Part shown: in pieces, positions 48,846 to 58,396 of the stretch
Layout of the letters: each line of letters begins with the position of its first letter
Numbering within the stretch: position 1 is the first letter of the stretch
From: an uncultured Alphaproteobacteria bacterium
GTDB taxonomy: Bacteria; Pseudomonadota; Alphaproteobacteria; Rhizobiales; Xanthobacteraceae
DNA: 64,000 nucleotides
NCBI GenBank assembly: GCA_963785945.1
Contig: CAWAWU010000004.1
Location: 1,054,989-1,118,988, forward strand
Direction of reading: 5' to 3'
Notes under the pieces: model-generated
Seen by the model: the letters and a program-made list of their open reading frames with translations, nothing else
The model's database searches: none
Told to the model about the DNA's origin: nothing
Position numbers and translations under genes: made by a program

Positions 48846-49019
48846 ATGTGTGAAAAGTGTGTCGAGCTCGACGGTAAGATCGAGCATTACCGTGTTTTGA
48901 CGTCCCGCATCACCGATCAGCCAATACTTGATGGGATCAAGGAGTTGATTGAGCAGATGCAGGCTCAGAAGCTCGCCCTTCATCCGGAGCAAGGGACCAC
49001 GACCAAATCGAGCGCGTGA
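48846..49019 (+). CDS. Small hypothetical protein (MCEKC.ELD.KI type)
   Basis: GAGG RBS; helical small protein ending LHPEQ. Confidence 0.6.
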   Translation: MCEKCVELDGKIEHYRVLTSRITDQPILDGIKELIEQMQAQKLALHPEQGTTTKSSA

Positions 49020-49386
49020 TACGATCCGCTGCTTTGGCCGCCTCTCGACTACTCGAACGGAACGGGCGCCGGCCATGCCTTGCCGCTCGGTCGCTAGCAT
49101 CTCAACGAACCAGTCTCTGCGACGACCCCGAACGTGACGGCCTGGCTGCGCAGCGCCGCGGGTTCGCGCACGTTCCCGCTCTGATGCTTTTCGATGCATT
49201 CGAAGGCTATCTTATGAGCTCAAAAAGCCAAGCGTTTTCAATATAGATGCGTTAACATGCGAGGGGAAGAAAGCGCATGAACGGTGTGGATTGCTGTCCT
49301 CAGACCGGTCGGTTCGTGCTAAATGATGGTCAAGCGGACGGAGATTCCGTCCGCCGATTTGCGGTCGCGGGAACCTGAGTGCATCG

Positions 49387-50166
49387 ATGCGAGGAACGGC
49401 TCGAAAAGTCTCATTGCCGCGCCGTCTCATCGCCGACCTCATGCATGCCTCGATCCGGGTTCCGTTCGTTTCGCTCCGGCGGACCCTCGACATCCGTCCA
49501 TTGCTGGAGGCTCGCGCGATGGCTGCGCAGCCGCCCGGTTGGGCCGCGATCTTCGTCAAGGCGTTCTTTCTGGTCGCGAAAGACCAGCCCGTTCTGCGCA
49601 CGCTCTATCTGAAATGGCCGTGGGGGCGCTTTTATGAGCTACCGCGCAGCATCGGGATGGTGACCATCGCGCGCGTTGAAAACGCCGAGGATTGCGTCCT
49701 GCTGCAAAGGATCTCCGCGGCGGATGAAAATCCGTTGAGCGAAGTCGATGCAGCGATCCGCTACGCCAAGGACGCGCCGGTCGCCAAAGTGCCGGCATTT
49801 CGAAAGATGCTACGGGCAACGGCGCTGCCGCTGCCGCTTCGCCGCCTGCTCTGGCTGGTCGGCCTCAATGTCGGCCGCCAGCGCGCCAATTATTTCGGGA
49901 GTTTTGGGGTCACCTCGGCCGCCGCCTATGGCGGCGGCGAACTGCACGCGCTCGGCCCTGGCCCCTATATTATCAGCTATGACGTCGCCCGGCCCGACCA
50001 GACCATCGATGTCATGATCCGATGGGATCACCGCGTCGCCGACGCGGCGTTGATCGCCAAGGCCCTGGCCCGGCTGGAACAGGTGCTGAACACCGAAATC
50101 GCAGCCGAATTGCGCGCCCAGCGGCAGCAAGCCGAGCCAAAGGTGGTCCGGGCGGTCGCGACCTGA
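49387..50166 (+). CDS. Stand-alone 2-oxoacid dehydrogenase E2-like acyltransferase catalytic domain
   Basis: RR.IAD.M, GSFGVTS, WDHRVADAA (DHRxxDG-like); no lipoyl domain. Confidence 0.7.
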   Translation: MRGTARKVSLPRRLIADLMHASIRVPFVSLRRTLDIRPLLEARAMAAQPPGWAAIFVKAFFLVAKDQPVLRTLYLKWPWGRFYELPRSIGMVTIARVENAEDCVLLQRISAADENPLSEVDAAIRYAKDAPVAKVPAFRKMLRATALPLPLRRLLWLVGLNVGRQRANYFGSFGVTSAAAYGGGELHALGPGPYIISYDVARPDQTIDVMIRWDHRVADAALIAKALARLEQVLNTEIAAELRAQRQQAEPKVVRAVAT

Positions 50167-50249
50167 GCCTGATATCCCTTTGTACCCCCTTGGCATCGCC
50201 GGGAGCCGGGAATGCGACCAATTTGGCCCTAAAACCCGGGCCATATCAT

Positions 50250-50278
50250 TTGACATAACAGCGGTTTCTCCCTAGAAA
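50250..50278 (+). promoter_or_regulatory. Sigma70-type promoter of rpsD
   Basis: TTGACA-N17-TAGAAA. Confidence 0.6.
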
Positions 50279-50432
50279 CCGCCTGCTCGCGGGCCGGTTT
50301 CGGCCCGCGTTGCGTTTCGCGACCCGTGGCCTCGCCCTTCAAGCTTAAGGGATGGGCCTGTCGGCTCCGGGATTTCCCGGCGCACAGGAGGGCGCGTTTC
50401 CTCAAAACTCAACCTTTTATGAAGAGGACGCG

Positions 50433-51050
50433 ATGACTAAGCGCAGTGAGGCGAAATACAAGATCGATCGCCGTATGGGCCAGAACATCTGGGGCCGCCC
50501 GAAGAGCCCCGTGAACCGCAGGGAATACGGCCCCGGCCAGCATGGCCAGCGCCGCAAGGGCAAGCTCTCCGACTTCGGCGTGCAGCTGCGCGCCAAGCAG
50601 AAGCTGAAGGGCTACTACGCCAACATCAGCGAGCGCCAGTTTCACGGCATCTACGTCGAAGCGAGCCGCCTGAAGGGCGACACCGGTGAAAACCTGATCG
50701 GCCTGCTCGAGCGCCGTCTCGACACCGTGGTCTATCGCGCCAAGTTCGTGGCCACCATGTTCGCCGCGCGCCAGTTCATCAATCACGGCCACGTCAAGGT
50801 GAACGGCCGCCGCGTCAACATCTCGAGCTACATGGTGAAGGTCGGCGACGTCATCGAGGTCAAGGAATCCTCCAAGCAGCTCGCGGTGGTGCTGGAAGCA
50901 AGCCAGCTCTCGGAGCGCGACGTGCCCGATTTCATCGAAGTCGATCATTCCAAGATGACGGCGAAGTACGCCCGCATCCCGCATCTGTCCGACGTGCCGT
51001 TCGCCGTGCAGATGGAGCCGCATCTGATCGTCGAATTCTATTCGCGCTGA
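50433..51050 (+). CDS. rpsD: 30S ribosomal protein S4
   Basis: [27 protein letters not shown]. Confidence 0.98.
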   Translation: MTKRSEAKYKIDRRMGQNIWGRPKSPVNRREYGPGQHGQRRKGKLSDFGVQLRAKQKLKGYYANISERQFHGIYVEASRLKGDTGENLIGLLERRLDTVVYRAKFVATMFAARQFINHGHVKVNGRRVNISSYMVKVGDVIEVKESSKQLAVVLEASQLSERDVPDFIEVDHSKMTAKYARIPHLSDVPFAVQMEPHLIVEFYSR

Positions 51051-51073
51051 TCTTTCGGCGTTTTACGAATATC

Positions 51074-51106
51074 AAAGGCCCCGGTTTTGCCGGGGCCTTT
51101 TTGTTT
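51074..51106 (+). terminator. Rho-independent terminator of rpsD
   Basis: AAAGGCCCCGG-TTTTG-CCGGGGCCTTTTT. Confidence 0.88.
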
Positions 51107-51128
51107 GGCGGTATCCACATTCTGAATT

Positions 51129-51220
51129 CGTCATGCCCGGGCTTGTCCCGGGCATCCACGCCTTTATGTTCAAGCCCCCAAACCAAGGCGTAGATGGCCC
51201 GGGACGAATCCGGCCACGAC
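51129..51220. repeat. REP/RIME-like two-hairpin element
   Basis: GTCATGCCCGGGCTTGTCCCGGGCATCCACG ... GATGGCCCGGGACGAATCCGGCCACGAC. Confidence 0.75.
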
Positions 51221-51237
51221 ACTGCGAGAATTCTGCA

Positions 51238-52305
51238 ATGACCTACACCCCTCCCCCGCGCGATCCCAACGCAATCCCCGTCCGCATCAACCTCCTCTCG
51301 GACACCCAGACCCGCCCGACGCCGGCGATGCGGGAGGCAATGGCGCGAGCCGAGGTCGGCGACGAGCAGATCGGCGACGATCCGACCACCAATGCGCTGT
51401 GCGAGCGGGTCGCGGAGTTGCTCGGCAAGCAAGCCGCCGTGTTCATGCCATCAGGCACCATGTGCAATGTCACGGCGACGCTCTCTTATTGCCGGCCCGG
51501 CGATGAAATCCTGGCGCAGGAGAGCGCCCATATCCTGGCCCGCGAGGGCGGCGCGCACGCCGCACTCGGAGGTTTCCAGATTACCGCGCTGCCGGGGGCC
51601 GATGGGCAGTTCACACCCGACACCTTTCGCGGGGCACTTCACCCGCGCACGCGCTATCAGCCGCCGCAGGTTCTCGTCAGTGTCGAGCAGACCGCCAATA
51701 TCGGCGGCGGCACGATCTGGAAGAAAGCCGCGCTCGACGAGGTCGTCCAGATCGCCAAATCGAACGGTCTTGCCACCCACATGGACGGCGCGCGGCTGTT
51801 GAACGCCTGCGTCGCGACCGGAATAGCAGCGCGCGACATGGTTGCCGGCTGGGATTCGGCCTGGCTCGATTTCTCCAAGGGTCTCGGCACCCCCATCGGC
51901 GCGGTGCTGGCGGGCTCGCGCGATTTCATCGACGACGTCTGGCGCTGGAAGCAGCGGCTCGGCGGCTCGATGCGTCAGTCCGGCGTTTGCGCGGCGGCCT
52001 GCGTGTACGCACTCGACCATCACGTCGATCGCTTGGCCGACGATCACGCCAATGCGCGCGCGCTGGCGCGCGGGCTTTCCCAAATCGCCGGCATGACGGT
52101 GCAGCAGCCCGAAACCAATCTGGTGTTCTTCACGCCTGATGGTGCCGGCATCACCGGCGACAAGATGGTCGAAGCCTTGCGCCAACGCGGTGTCCTGCTG
52201 GCGATGATGGACGGCCGTATCCGGGCCTGCACCCATCTCGACGTCACGGCTGCGATGATCGAGGAAACCGTTGGCCTCGTGCGCGAGATCGTGCGGGCGG
52301 CGTAA
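51238..52305 (+). CDS. ltaE: Low-specificity L-threonine aldolase family (PLP)
   Basis: SDT.T.PT, PSGTMCN, HMDGARL, FSKGLG.P.G. Confidence 0.9.
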   Translation: MTYTPPPRDPNAIPVRINLLSDTQTRPTPAMREAMARAEVGDEQIGDDPTTNALCERVAELLGKQAAVFMPSGTMCNVTATLSYCRPGDEILAQESAHILAREGGAHAALGGFQITALPGADGQFTPDTFRGALHPRTRYQPPQVLVSVEQTANIGGGTIWKKAALDEVVQIAKSNGLATHMDGARLLNACVATGIAARDMVAGWDSAWLDFSKGLGTPIGAVLAGSRDFIDDVWRWKQRLGGSMRQSGVCAAACVYALDHHVDRLADDHANARALARGLSQIAGMTVQQPETNLVFFTPDGAGITGDKMVEALRQRGVLLAMMDGRIRACTHLDVTAAMIEETVGLVREIVRAA

Positions 52306-52320
52306 GCAGGCCGCGCCCGA

Positions 52321-53619
52321 TCATCTGCCCAGCGCCTGATAGACCAGCTTCTTCAATTCGATCTGGATCCGCCCGCGCTGCGACGGGGTCTGCATCATGC
52401 AGATCACGAACAGGTCGTCTTTGGGATCGATGAAAAAGAAAGTACCGGCGACGCCGTCCCAGCGATATTCGCCCAGTGGCAACGATGTATCAGGCTGCTG
52501 CGAGGTGCGGACCGCAAAGCCGAGACCAAAACCGCTGTCGGCGCCCGGAAAATAGAAATAATCGCGCGCGATTTTTGTTGCCGGGCCGATATGATCGGAT
52601 GTCATCAGCGCGACGGTCTCGGGTTTGAGGTAACGCTTGCCGTCCAGCGTGCCGCCGTTCAGCAGCATCTGGGCGAACCGCGCATAATCCGCCGTGGTGC
52701 CGACCATCCCCGCCCCGCCGGATTCCCACCGCCGCAGCTGCATCGGATCGCGTATCCCCGCGACCGGACTGGTGAAGCGATCGTACGGCATCGGCTCGGC
52801 AATCAGCGGCCGCTTGGCCTCGTCGGTGAGGTAGAAGCTGGTCGCGGTCATCCCGAGCGGGTCGAGCAGGCGCTCCTTCTCGAACTGAAACAGCGATTTG
52901 CCGGAAACCACTTCGATGACCCGGCCGAGTATGTCGGTCGAATGGCCGTAATCCCACAGCGTTCCCGGCTGTTCGGCGAGCGGTAGTTTGGCGAGGCGAT
53001 CGGCGAAATCGGCATTGTCGAAATCGCCCCGGAACAGATCGGCGTTCGCATAGAGTTTGCGCACGGCGCTGTCGCCGTAGAAGCCGTAAGTGAGACCCGA
53101 GGTGTGACGCAGCAAATCCTCGATGGTGATTGGATGCTGCAGCGGTTCGAGCGCAAGCGTAAGCTTTCCGGCCTCGTCACGCTTTTCGACGCCCACCTTC
53201 ACATCCGCAAACGCCGGAATGTATTTGGCGAGGGGATCGCCGAGCGCGAGCTTGCCGTCCTCCACCAGCATCATCGCGGCCACCGACGTGACCGGCTTCG
53301 ACATCGAATACAGCCGGAAGATCGTATCATCCGTCATCGGATGCCGACTCTCGACGTCGCGCACACCGAATTTCTCGAAATAGACGGGATGGCCGTGCTG
53401 TTGGATCAGGACGATGGCACCCGGAATCTTTTCCGTCGCGATCTCGTTGCGCATGTAGTCGCCGAGGCGCTCCAGCCCGGCGTGCGAGAAACCGGATGTG
53501 GCAACCGCGGGCGTTTCGGCACGGAGCGCGGCCGGCGATCCCGCCCCGATCGCGCCGATCGTGAGCGCAACCGCAAGGCAGCACCGGCTCGCAAAACGGT
53601 TAGTTCTCCATCGCCTCAT
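52321..53619 (-). CDS. Exported serine hydrolase (beta-lactamase class C-like), paralog 1
   Basis: SMSK, LLRHTSG, WDYG, LLNGG. Confidence 0.9.
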   Translation of the reverse strand: MRRWRTNRFASRCCLAVALTIGAIGAGSPAALRAETPAVATSGFSHAGLERLGDYMRNEIATEKIPGAIVLIQQHGHPVYFEKFGVRDVESRHPMTDDTIFRLYSMSKPVTSVAAMMLVEDGKLALGDPLAKYIPAFADVKVGVEKRDEAGKLTLALEPLQHPITIEDLLRHTSGLTYGFYGDSAVRKLYANADLFRGDFDNADFADRLAKLPLAEQPGTLWDYGHSTDILGRVIEVVSGKSLFQFEKERLLDPLGMTATSFYLTDEAKRPLIAEPMPYDRFTSPVAGIRDPMQLRRWESGGAGMVGTTADYARFAQMLLNGGTLDGKRYLKPETVALMTSDHIGPATKIARDYFYFPGADSGFGLGFAVRTSQQPDTSLPLGEYRWDGVAGTFFFIDPKDDLFVICMMQTPSQRGRIQIELKKLVYQALGR

Positions 53620-54886
53620 AGATCAACTGCTTCAGCGTCCGCTGGATGCGCTGGCGTTCGCTCGGCGTCTGTTCCAGCAGGATAAAGAACATGTCCTGCT
53701 CCCGATCGACCACGAAATAGCAGCCGCTGGCGCCGTCCCATTTCAACTCGCCGAGATCGCCCGGCGGCGGCGGTTTGGCATTGCCGGGATCGGTGCGCAC
53801 CGCGAGCCCCAGGCCAAAGCCAAAGCCGTCGCCCGGGAAATAGAAGTAGTCCCTGCCGACGCCCGAACCGGGACCGACGTGATCGGTTGCCATCTCCTTG
53901 AACGTCGCGGGCTTGAGATAGGTCTTTCCGTCGAACGTGCCGCCATTGAGCAGCATCTGCACGAAGCGCGAATAGTCCGCCATGGTTGACACCATGCCGC
54001 CGCTTGCGGATTCCCATTTCTTGACCTTGGTCGGGTCGTTCTCGCGGCCGACCCGGAAATCGCTGTCGTTGGGCAACGGTTGCGCCATCAGCTTCACCTT
54101 CTCCGGATCGGTGACGAAGAAGCCGGTGTCGGTCATCCCCAGCGGATCGAGCAGTTTCTCCTTCTCGAGCGCGTATAGGGATTTTCCGGACGCGATTTCC
54201 ATGATTCGCGCCAGCACGTCGGTGGAATGGCCGTACTGCCAGAGCGCGCCGGGCTGATTCTGCAGCGGCAGCGCGGCGATGCGCTCGGCAAATTCGGCAA
54301 GGTCGAAATCGCCCTGATAGATATTGGCGGCGCGGTAGGCCTTGCGCACCATGCTGTCGCCGTAGAAGCCGTAAGTGATGCCGGAGGTATGACGCATCAG
54401 GTCGAGCACCGTGGGCGGATGATCCGGCGGAACGAGATCGAGCGTGGTCGTGCCGTCCTCGGCCTTCCTCTCGACGCCGACCTTCACATTGGCGAACGAG
54501 GGAATGTATTTCGAAATGGGGTCGTCGAGCTTGATCTTGCCTTCCTCGAGCAGCGTCATCGAGACCACTGCGGTGATGGCTTTCGTCATCGAGAACAGGC
54601 GGAAGATGGTCTTGTCGGTGATCGGCGCCTCACTCATCACATCCTGCACGCCGAAGGACTCGTGATAGACCGGCTTGCCGTGCTGCTGGATCAGGACAAT
54701 CGCGCCGGGGATCTTGCCAGTCGTCACCTCGTTCTTGAAGAAGTCGCCGATTTTGGCGAGCTTGTCCGGATTGAAGTGGGCGCCTGCGGGAATATCGAAG
54801 GTGCCTTCCGCGCCCGCCGGCGGCGCCGCCAACGTCAACAGCGCGCCGCCGATCAGCGCGCGCAACCAATCATAAGACCCCATCAA
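53600..54886 (-). CDS. Exported serine hydrolase (beta-lactamase class C-like), paralog 2
   Basis: SMTK, LMRHTSG, WQYG, LLNGG. Confidence 0.9.
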   Translation of the reverse strand: MMGSYDWLRALIGGALLTLAAPPAGAEGTFDIPAGAHFNPDKLAKIGDFFKNEVTTGKIPGAIVLIQQHGKPVYHESFGVQDVMSEAPITDKTIFRLFSMTKAITAVVSMTLLEEGKIKLDDPISKYIPSFANVKVGVERKAEDGTTTLDLVPPDHPPTVLDLMRHTSGITYGFYGDSMVRKAYRAANIYQGDFDLAEFAERIAALPLQNQPGALWQYGHSTDVLARIMEIASGKSLYALEKEKLLDPLGMTDTGFFVTDPEKVKLMAQPLPNDSDFRVGRENDPTKVKKWESASGGMVSTMADYSRFVQMLLNGGTFDGKTYLKPATFKEMATDHVGPGSGVGRDYFYFPGDGFGFGLGLAVRTDPGNAKPPPPGDLGELKWDGASGCYFVVDREQDMFFILLEQTPSERQRIQRTLKQLIYEAMEN

Positions 54887-54925
54887 CCCCTCCCCGGATT
54901 AACGGCGGGGAGTGTAGCGGCCGGC

Positions 54926-55480
54926 TCAATCGGCACAAGGGCTGCCGATATCGGCCAGCGCCTGCTCATGGAGCTTTGCGCTGTCCTTTGAAAAGCAGCA
55001 GAAGATGATTCGGGTGAGCGCGGGGGCGGTCGCCAGCGCTTGCGCGGTTGCGGAAACCGCGATTCCAGCCGCCCGATCCGCGGGGAAACGATAGACCCCG
55101 GTCGAGATGGCGGGAAATGCGATGGACCCCAGCGAATTGGCCTGCGCGAGTTCGATGGCGCGGCGATAGCACGAGGCCAGCAAGCCATCTTCGCCTTCGG
55201 TCCCGCCATGCCAGACCGGGCCGACCGCATGAATCACATGCCGTGCTGCTAACCGATAACCTCGGGTGATCTTGGCGTCGCCGGTCGCGCAGCCATGCAA
55301 CGCGCGGCACTCGGCCAATAGTTCAGGACCGGCCGCGCGATGGATGGCGCCGTCCACGCCACCACCGCCGAGCAGGGACTCATTCGCAGCGTTGACGATG
55401 ACGTCAACGCGCAGGGTGGTGATGTCGGCAACAATAACTTCCAGTCGCGCCTTGCCGAGCTGGCGCGCGGCGAGACTCAG
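54926..55480 (-). CDS. Macrodomain O-acetyl-ADP-ribose deacetylase (YmdB-like)
   Basis: DIT...[33 protein letters not shown]; reading frame extends upstream of the ORF-track start to a CTG at 55480. Confidence 0.9.
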   Translation of the reverse strand: MSLAARQLGKARLEVIVADITTLRVDVIVNAANESLLGGGGVDGAIHRAAGPELLAECRALHGCATGDAKITRGYRLAARHVIHAVGPVWHGGTEGEDGLLASCYRRAIELAQANSLGSIAFPAISTGVYRFPADRAAGIAVSATAQALATAPALTRIIFCCFSKDSAKLHEQALADIGSPCAD

Positions 55481-55815
55481 GCTGACGCCGCTGCGTTGAT
55501 CACAACGCCCTTGTCAGCCAACAGCTGCTGCAGTTCGCCGGCCTGGAACATCTCGCGGATGATGTCGCAACCGCCGACAAACTCGCCCTTGACGTAGAGC
55601 TGCGGAATGGTCGGCCAGTTCGAATAGGTCTTGATGCCGTTGCGCAGATCCGCGGACTCGAGAACGTTGAGGCCCTTGTATCCGACCCCCACGTGATCGA
55701 GGATCTGGACCACCTGCCCCGAAAAACCGCACTGCGGAAATTGCGGCGTGCCCTTCATGAACAGCACGACGTCGTTCGACTTTACTTCGTTATCGATGAA
55801 TTGTTCGATGCTCAT
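55477..55815 (-). CDS. grxD: Monothiol glutaredoxin Grx4
   Basis: FMKG...[18 protein letters not shown]. Confidence 0.97.
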   Translation of the reverse strand: MSIEQFIDNEVKSNDVVLFMKGTPQFPQCGFSGQVVQILDHVGVGYKGLNVLESADLRNGIKTYSNWPTIPQLYVKGEFVGGCDIIREMFQAGELQQLLADKGVVINAAASA

Positions 55816-56123
55816 ATGCTCTTCCTTTTGGGGCATCGCCCCCTGCCGCACGGCCGTTCGGCCCGGCCCGTTTAACCCGTTACTGCCATATATGTACCCC
55901 AAACCGTTGTGCATCCAAAGTAAAATGGCGGGGGTCTGACATGCGCGGGTTTGACACAGAGCGGCCGGAAACGGCCGAACGATGGCCGGTGGCGGCCGTG
56001 ACGATAACCCCTAGGTATGATCGGGGGAGGCTTTTATCCCGTGCGGAAGACCCTATCTAGGACAGGCACTTTCCGGGGAACCGGTACGCCAGAGTAACGT
56101 TCTCTCCCGAACCGGAGACCATC

Positions 56124-57380
56124 GTGACGAAACCAGCAACCGCCGCGGCCACGTTAGCCGCCCCTTGCCCGTCTTTGTTCTCGGAGTTCGGCAGCCTAGC
56201 CCAGAATTTGGTGGAAGCCTTCCTCGCGGTCCGCAACGAGACCGAGCGGCGCGCCGCACCCCTGTCGCCGGAAGATCAGCTTGTGCAGTCGATGCCGGAT
56301 GCCAGCCCGGCGAAATGGCACCGCGCCCATACCACCTGGTTCTTCGAGCAATTCCTGCTTGGCGAACACAGCCCCGGCTACCAGGTGTTTCATCCGGATT
56401 ACGCCTTCCTGTTCAATTCCTATTACGTCAGCGCTGGACCGCGACACGCCCGCCACCAGCGCGGCCACCTGACCCGGCCCGGCGCCGATGAGGTCACCGC
56501 CTATCGCCGGCATGTCGATGCCGCCGTGGTGAAATTTTTTCAGACCACGGACGAGGATAAGCTGGCGAAGTTGGCGCCGCTGGTCGAGGTCGGCCTCAAC
56601 CACGAGCAGCAGCATCAGGAATTGATGCTGACCGACATCCTGCATGCCTTCGCGCAAAACCCGATTCCCCCCGCTTACGATCCGGCGTGGCGCTTCCCGG
56701 CCTCGACCCGCGGCGACGAAGAATGGGTCACGCTCACCGAGGGCATCCACAGCATCGGCCATGCCAGCGAAAGCTTCCATTTCGACAATGAGAAGCCCGT
56801 TCATCGTGCGCTGGTCGGGCCGGTGAAACTGGCGCGCAACCTCGTGACCAATGCCGAATGGCTGGCCTTCATGGCCGACGGCGGCTACAGCACCGCGACG
56901 CTGTGGCTGATGGATGGCTTTGCGGCGGTCAATAACGAGCAGTGGCAAGCGCCCGGACACTGGCGCCAAATCGACGGCGAATGGAAGATCATGACGCTCG
57001 GCGGGCTAAGGCCGGTCGATCCCCAAGCACCTGTCAGCCACGTGAGTTATTACGAGACCGACGCGTTCGCGCGCTGGAGCGGCAAGCACCTGCCGACGGA
57101 AATGGAATGGGAAGTCGCCGCCCGCGCCGGTCACCTCAACGATGCCTTCGGCATCGTCTGGCAATGGACCCGCAGCTCCTATTCGCCCTACCCGGGCTAC
57201 CGGGCCATCGAAGGCGCGCTCGGCGAGTACAACGGCAAGTTCATGGTCAATCAATTGGTGCTGCGCGGGTCGTCGCTTGCAACTCCGCAGGGCCACAGCC
57301 GTATCACCTACCGCAACTTCTTTTATCCACACCATCGCTGGCAGTTCACCGGGCTGCGGCTCGCCGATTACCCCACCTGA
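56124..57380 (+). CDS. egtB: Ergothioneine sulfoxide synthase
   Basis: QSMPDASP.KWH.AHTTWFFE, HEQQHQE, GEYNGKFM, YRNFF. Confidence 0.93.
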   Translation: MTKPATAAATLAAPCPSLFSEFGSLAQNLVEAFLAVRNETERRAAPLSPEDQLVQSMPDASPAKWHRAHTTWFFEQFLLGEHSPGYQVFHPDYAFLFNSYYVSAGPRHARHQRGHLTRPGADEVTAYRRHVDAAVVKFFQTTDEDKLAKLAPLVEVGLNHEQQHQELMLTDILHAFAQNPIPPAYDPAWRFPASTRGDEEWVTLTEGIHSIGHASESFHFDNEKPVHRALVGPVKLARNLVTNAEWLAFMADGGYSTATLWLMDGFAAVNNEQWQAPGHWRQIDGEWKIMTLGGLRPVDPQAPVSHVSYYETDAFARWSGKHLPTEMEWEVAARAGHLNDAFGIVWQWTRSSYSPYPGYRAIEGALGEYNGKFMVNQLVLRGSSLATPQGHSRITYRNFFYPHHRWQFTGLRLADYPT

Positions 57381-57424
57381 TTTTTTGTATCCAACCGCGC
57401 GGGGCGCGCGTCGAGGAGAGTATC

Positions 57425-58396
57425 ATGAATGTGTATGCGAGTGCCTTGGCCGAAGCGCATCTGCCGGATGAACAGACTTCAACATTTGCCCGCGAAGCCA
57501 TCGGCGACCTGTCGCAGCGGCCAAAGCGGCTGTCGCCGAAATATTTCTACGACGCGACGGGTTCGGAATTGTTCGAGGCGATCACGCGGTTGCCGGAATA
57601 TTATCCGACGCGCACCGAGCTCTCGATCCTGCGGGATCGTGGCAGCGAGATCGCAGCCATCATTCCAAAAGGCGCCGCGCTGATCGAATTCGGCGCCGGC
57701 GCGACCACGAAGGTACGGTTGTTGCTGGAGAAGTGCAGGATCGGCGCCTATGTCCCGGTCGACATCTCCGGAGACTTCCTGAAGGACCAGGCCGACGCGC
57801 TGCGCAAGGATTTTCCGGGTCTTGCGGTGTATCCGGTCGCAGCCGATTTCACCACGCCGTTCGTGCTTCCGGCTGAGATCGCTGATATGCCGAAGGTCGG
57901 CTTCTTTCCAGGCTCGACGCTCGGCAATTTCGAGCCGCATGAGGCCTGCGCCTTCCTGCGCAGCGCCCGGCAGATCCTCGGCGAAGGCGCACAGATGGTT
58001 ATCGGCGTCGATCTCGAGAAGGACGAACGCGTGTTGTATGACGCCTATAATGACACCGCCGGCGTCACCGCGCGCTTCAATCTCAATGTGCTGGTGCGCA
58101 TCAACCGCGAACTCGGCGGCAATTTCGACCTTTCCTCCTTTACCCATCGCGCGATCTACAACCGCGAGCGGCACCGCATCGAGATGCATTTGATCAGCAA
58201 GAAATCGCAGACCGTGCGACTGCTCGGCACCAGCCTGGCGTTTCGCGCCGGCGAAAGCATCCACACGGAAAACAGCTACAAATACAGCATCGATCGCTTC
58301 ACGGCGCTGGCGCGAGGCTCGGGCTGGACGCCGCGCGAATCCTGGACCGACAAGGCCGGCATGTTCTCGGTTCACGCACTGGTGGCGTCGGACTGA
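57425..58396 (+). CDS. egtD: Histidine N-alpha-trimethyltransferase
   Basis: KYFYD..GS.LFE.IT.LPEYYPTR.E, GST.GNF, IHTENSYKY. Confidence 0.95.
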   Translation: MNVYASALAEAHLPDEQTSTFAREAIGDLSQRPKRLSPKYFYDATGSELFEAITRLPEYYPTRTELSILRDRGSEIAAIIPKGAALIEFGAGATTKVRLLLEKCRIGAYVPVDISGDFLKDQADALRKDFPGLAVYPVAADFTTPFVLPAEIADMPKVGFFPGSTLGNFEPHEACAFLRSARQILGEGAQMVIGVDLEKDERVLYDAYNDTAGVTARFNLNVLVRINRELGGNFDLSSFTHRAIYNRERHRIEMHLISKKSQTVRLLGTSLAFRAGESIHTENSYKYSIDRFTALARGSGWTPRESWTDKAGMFSVHALVASD

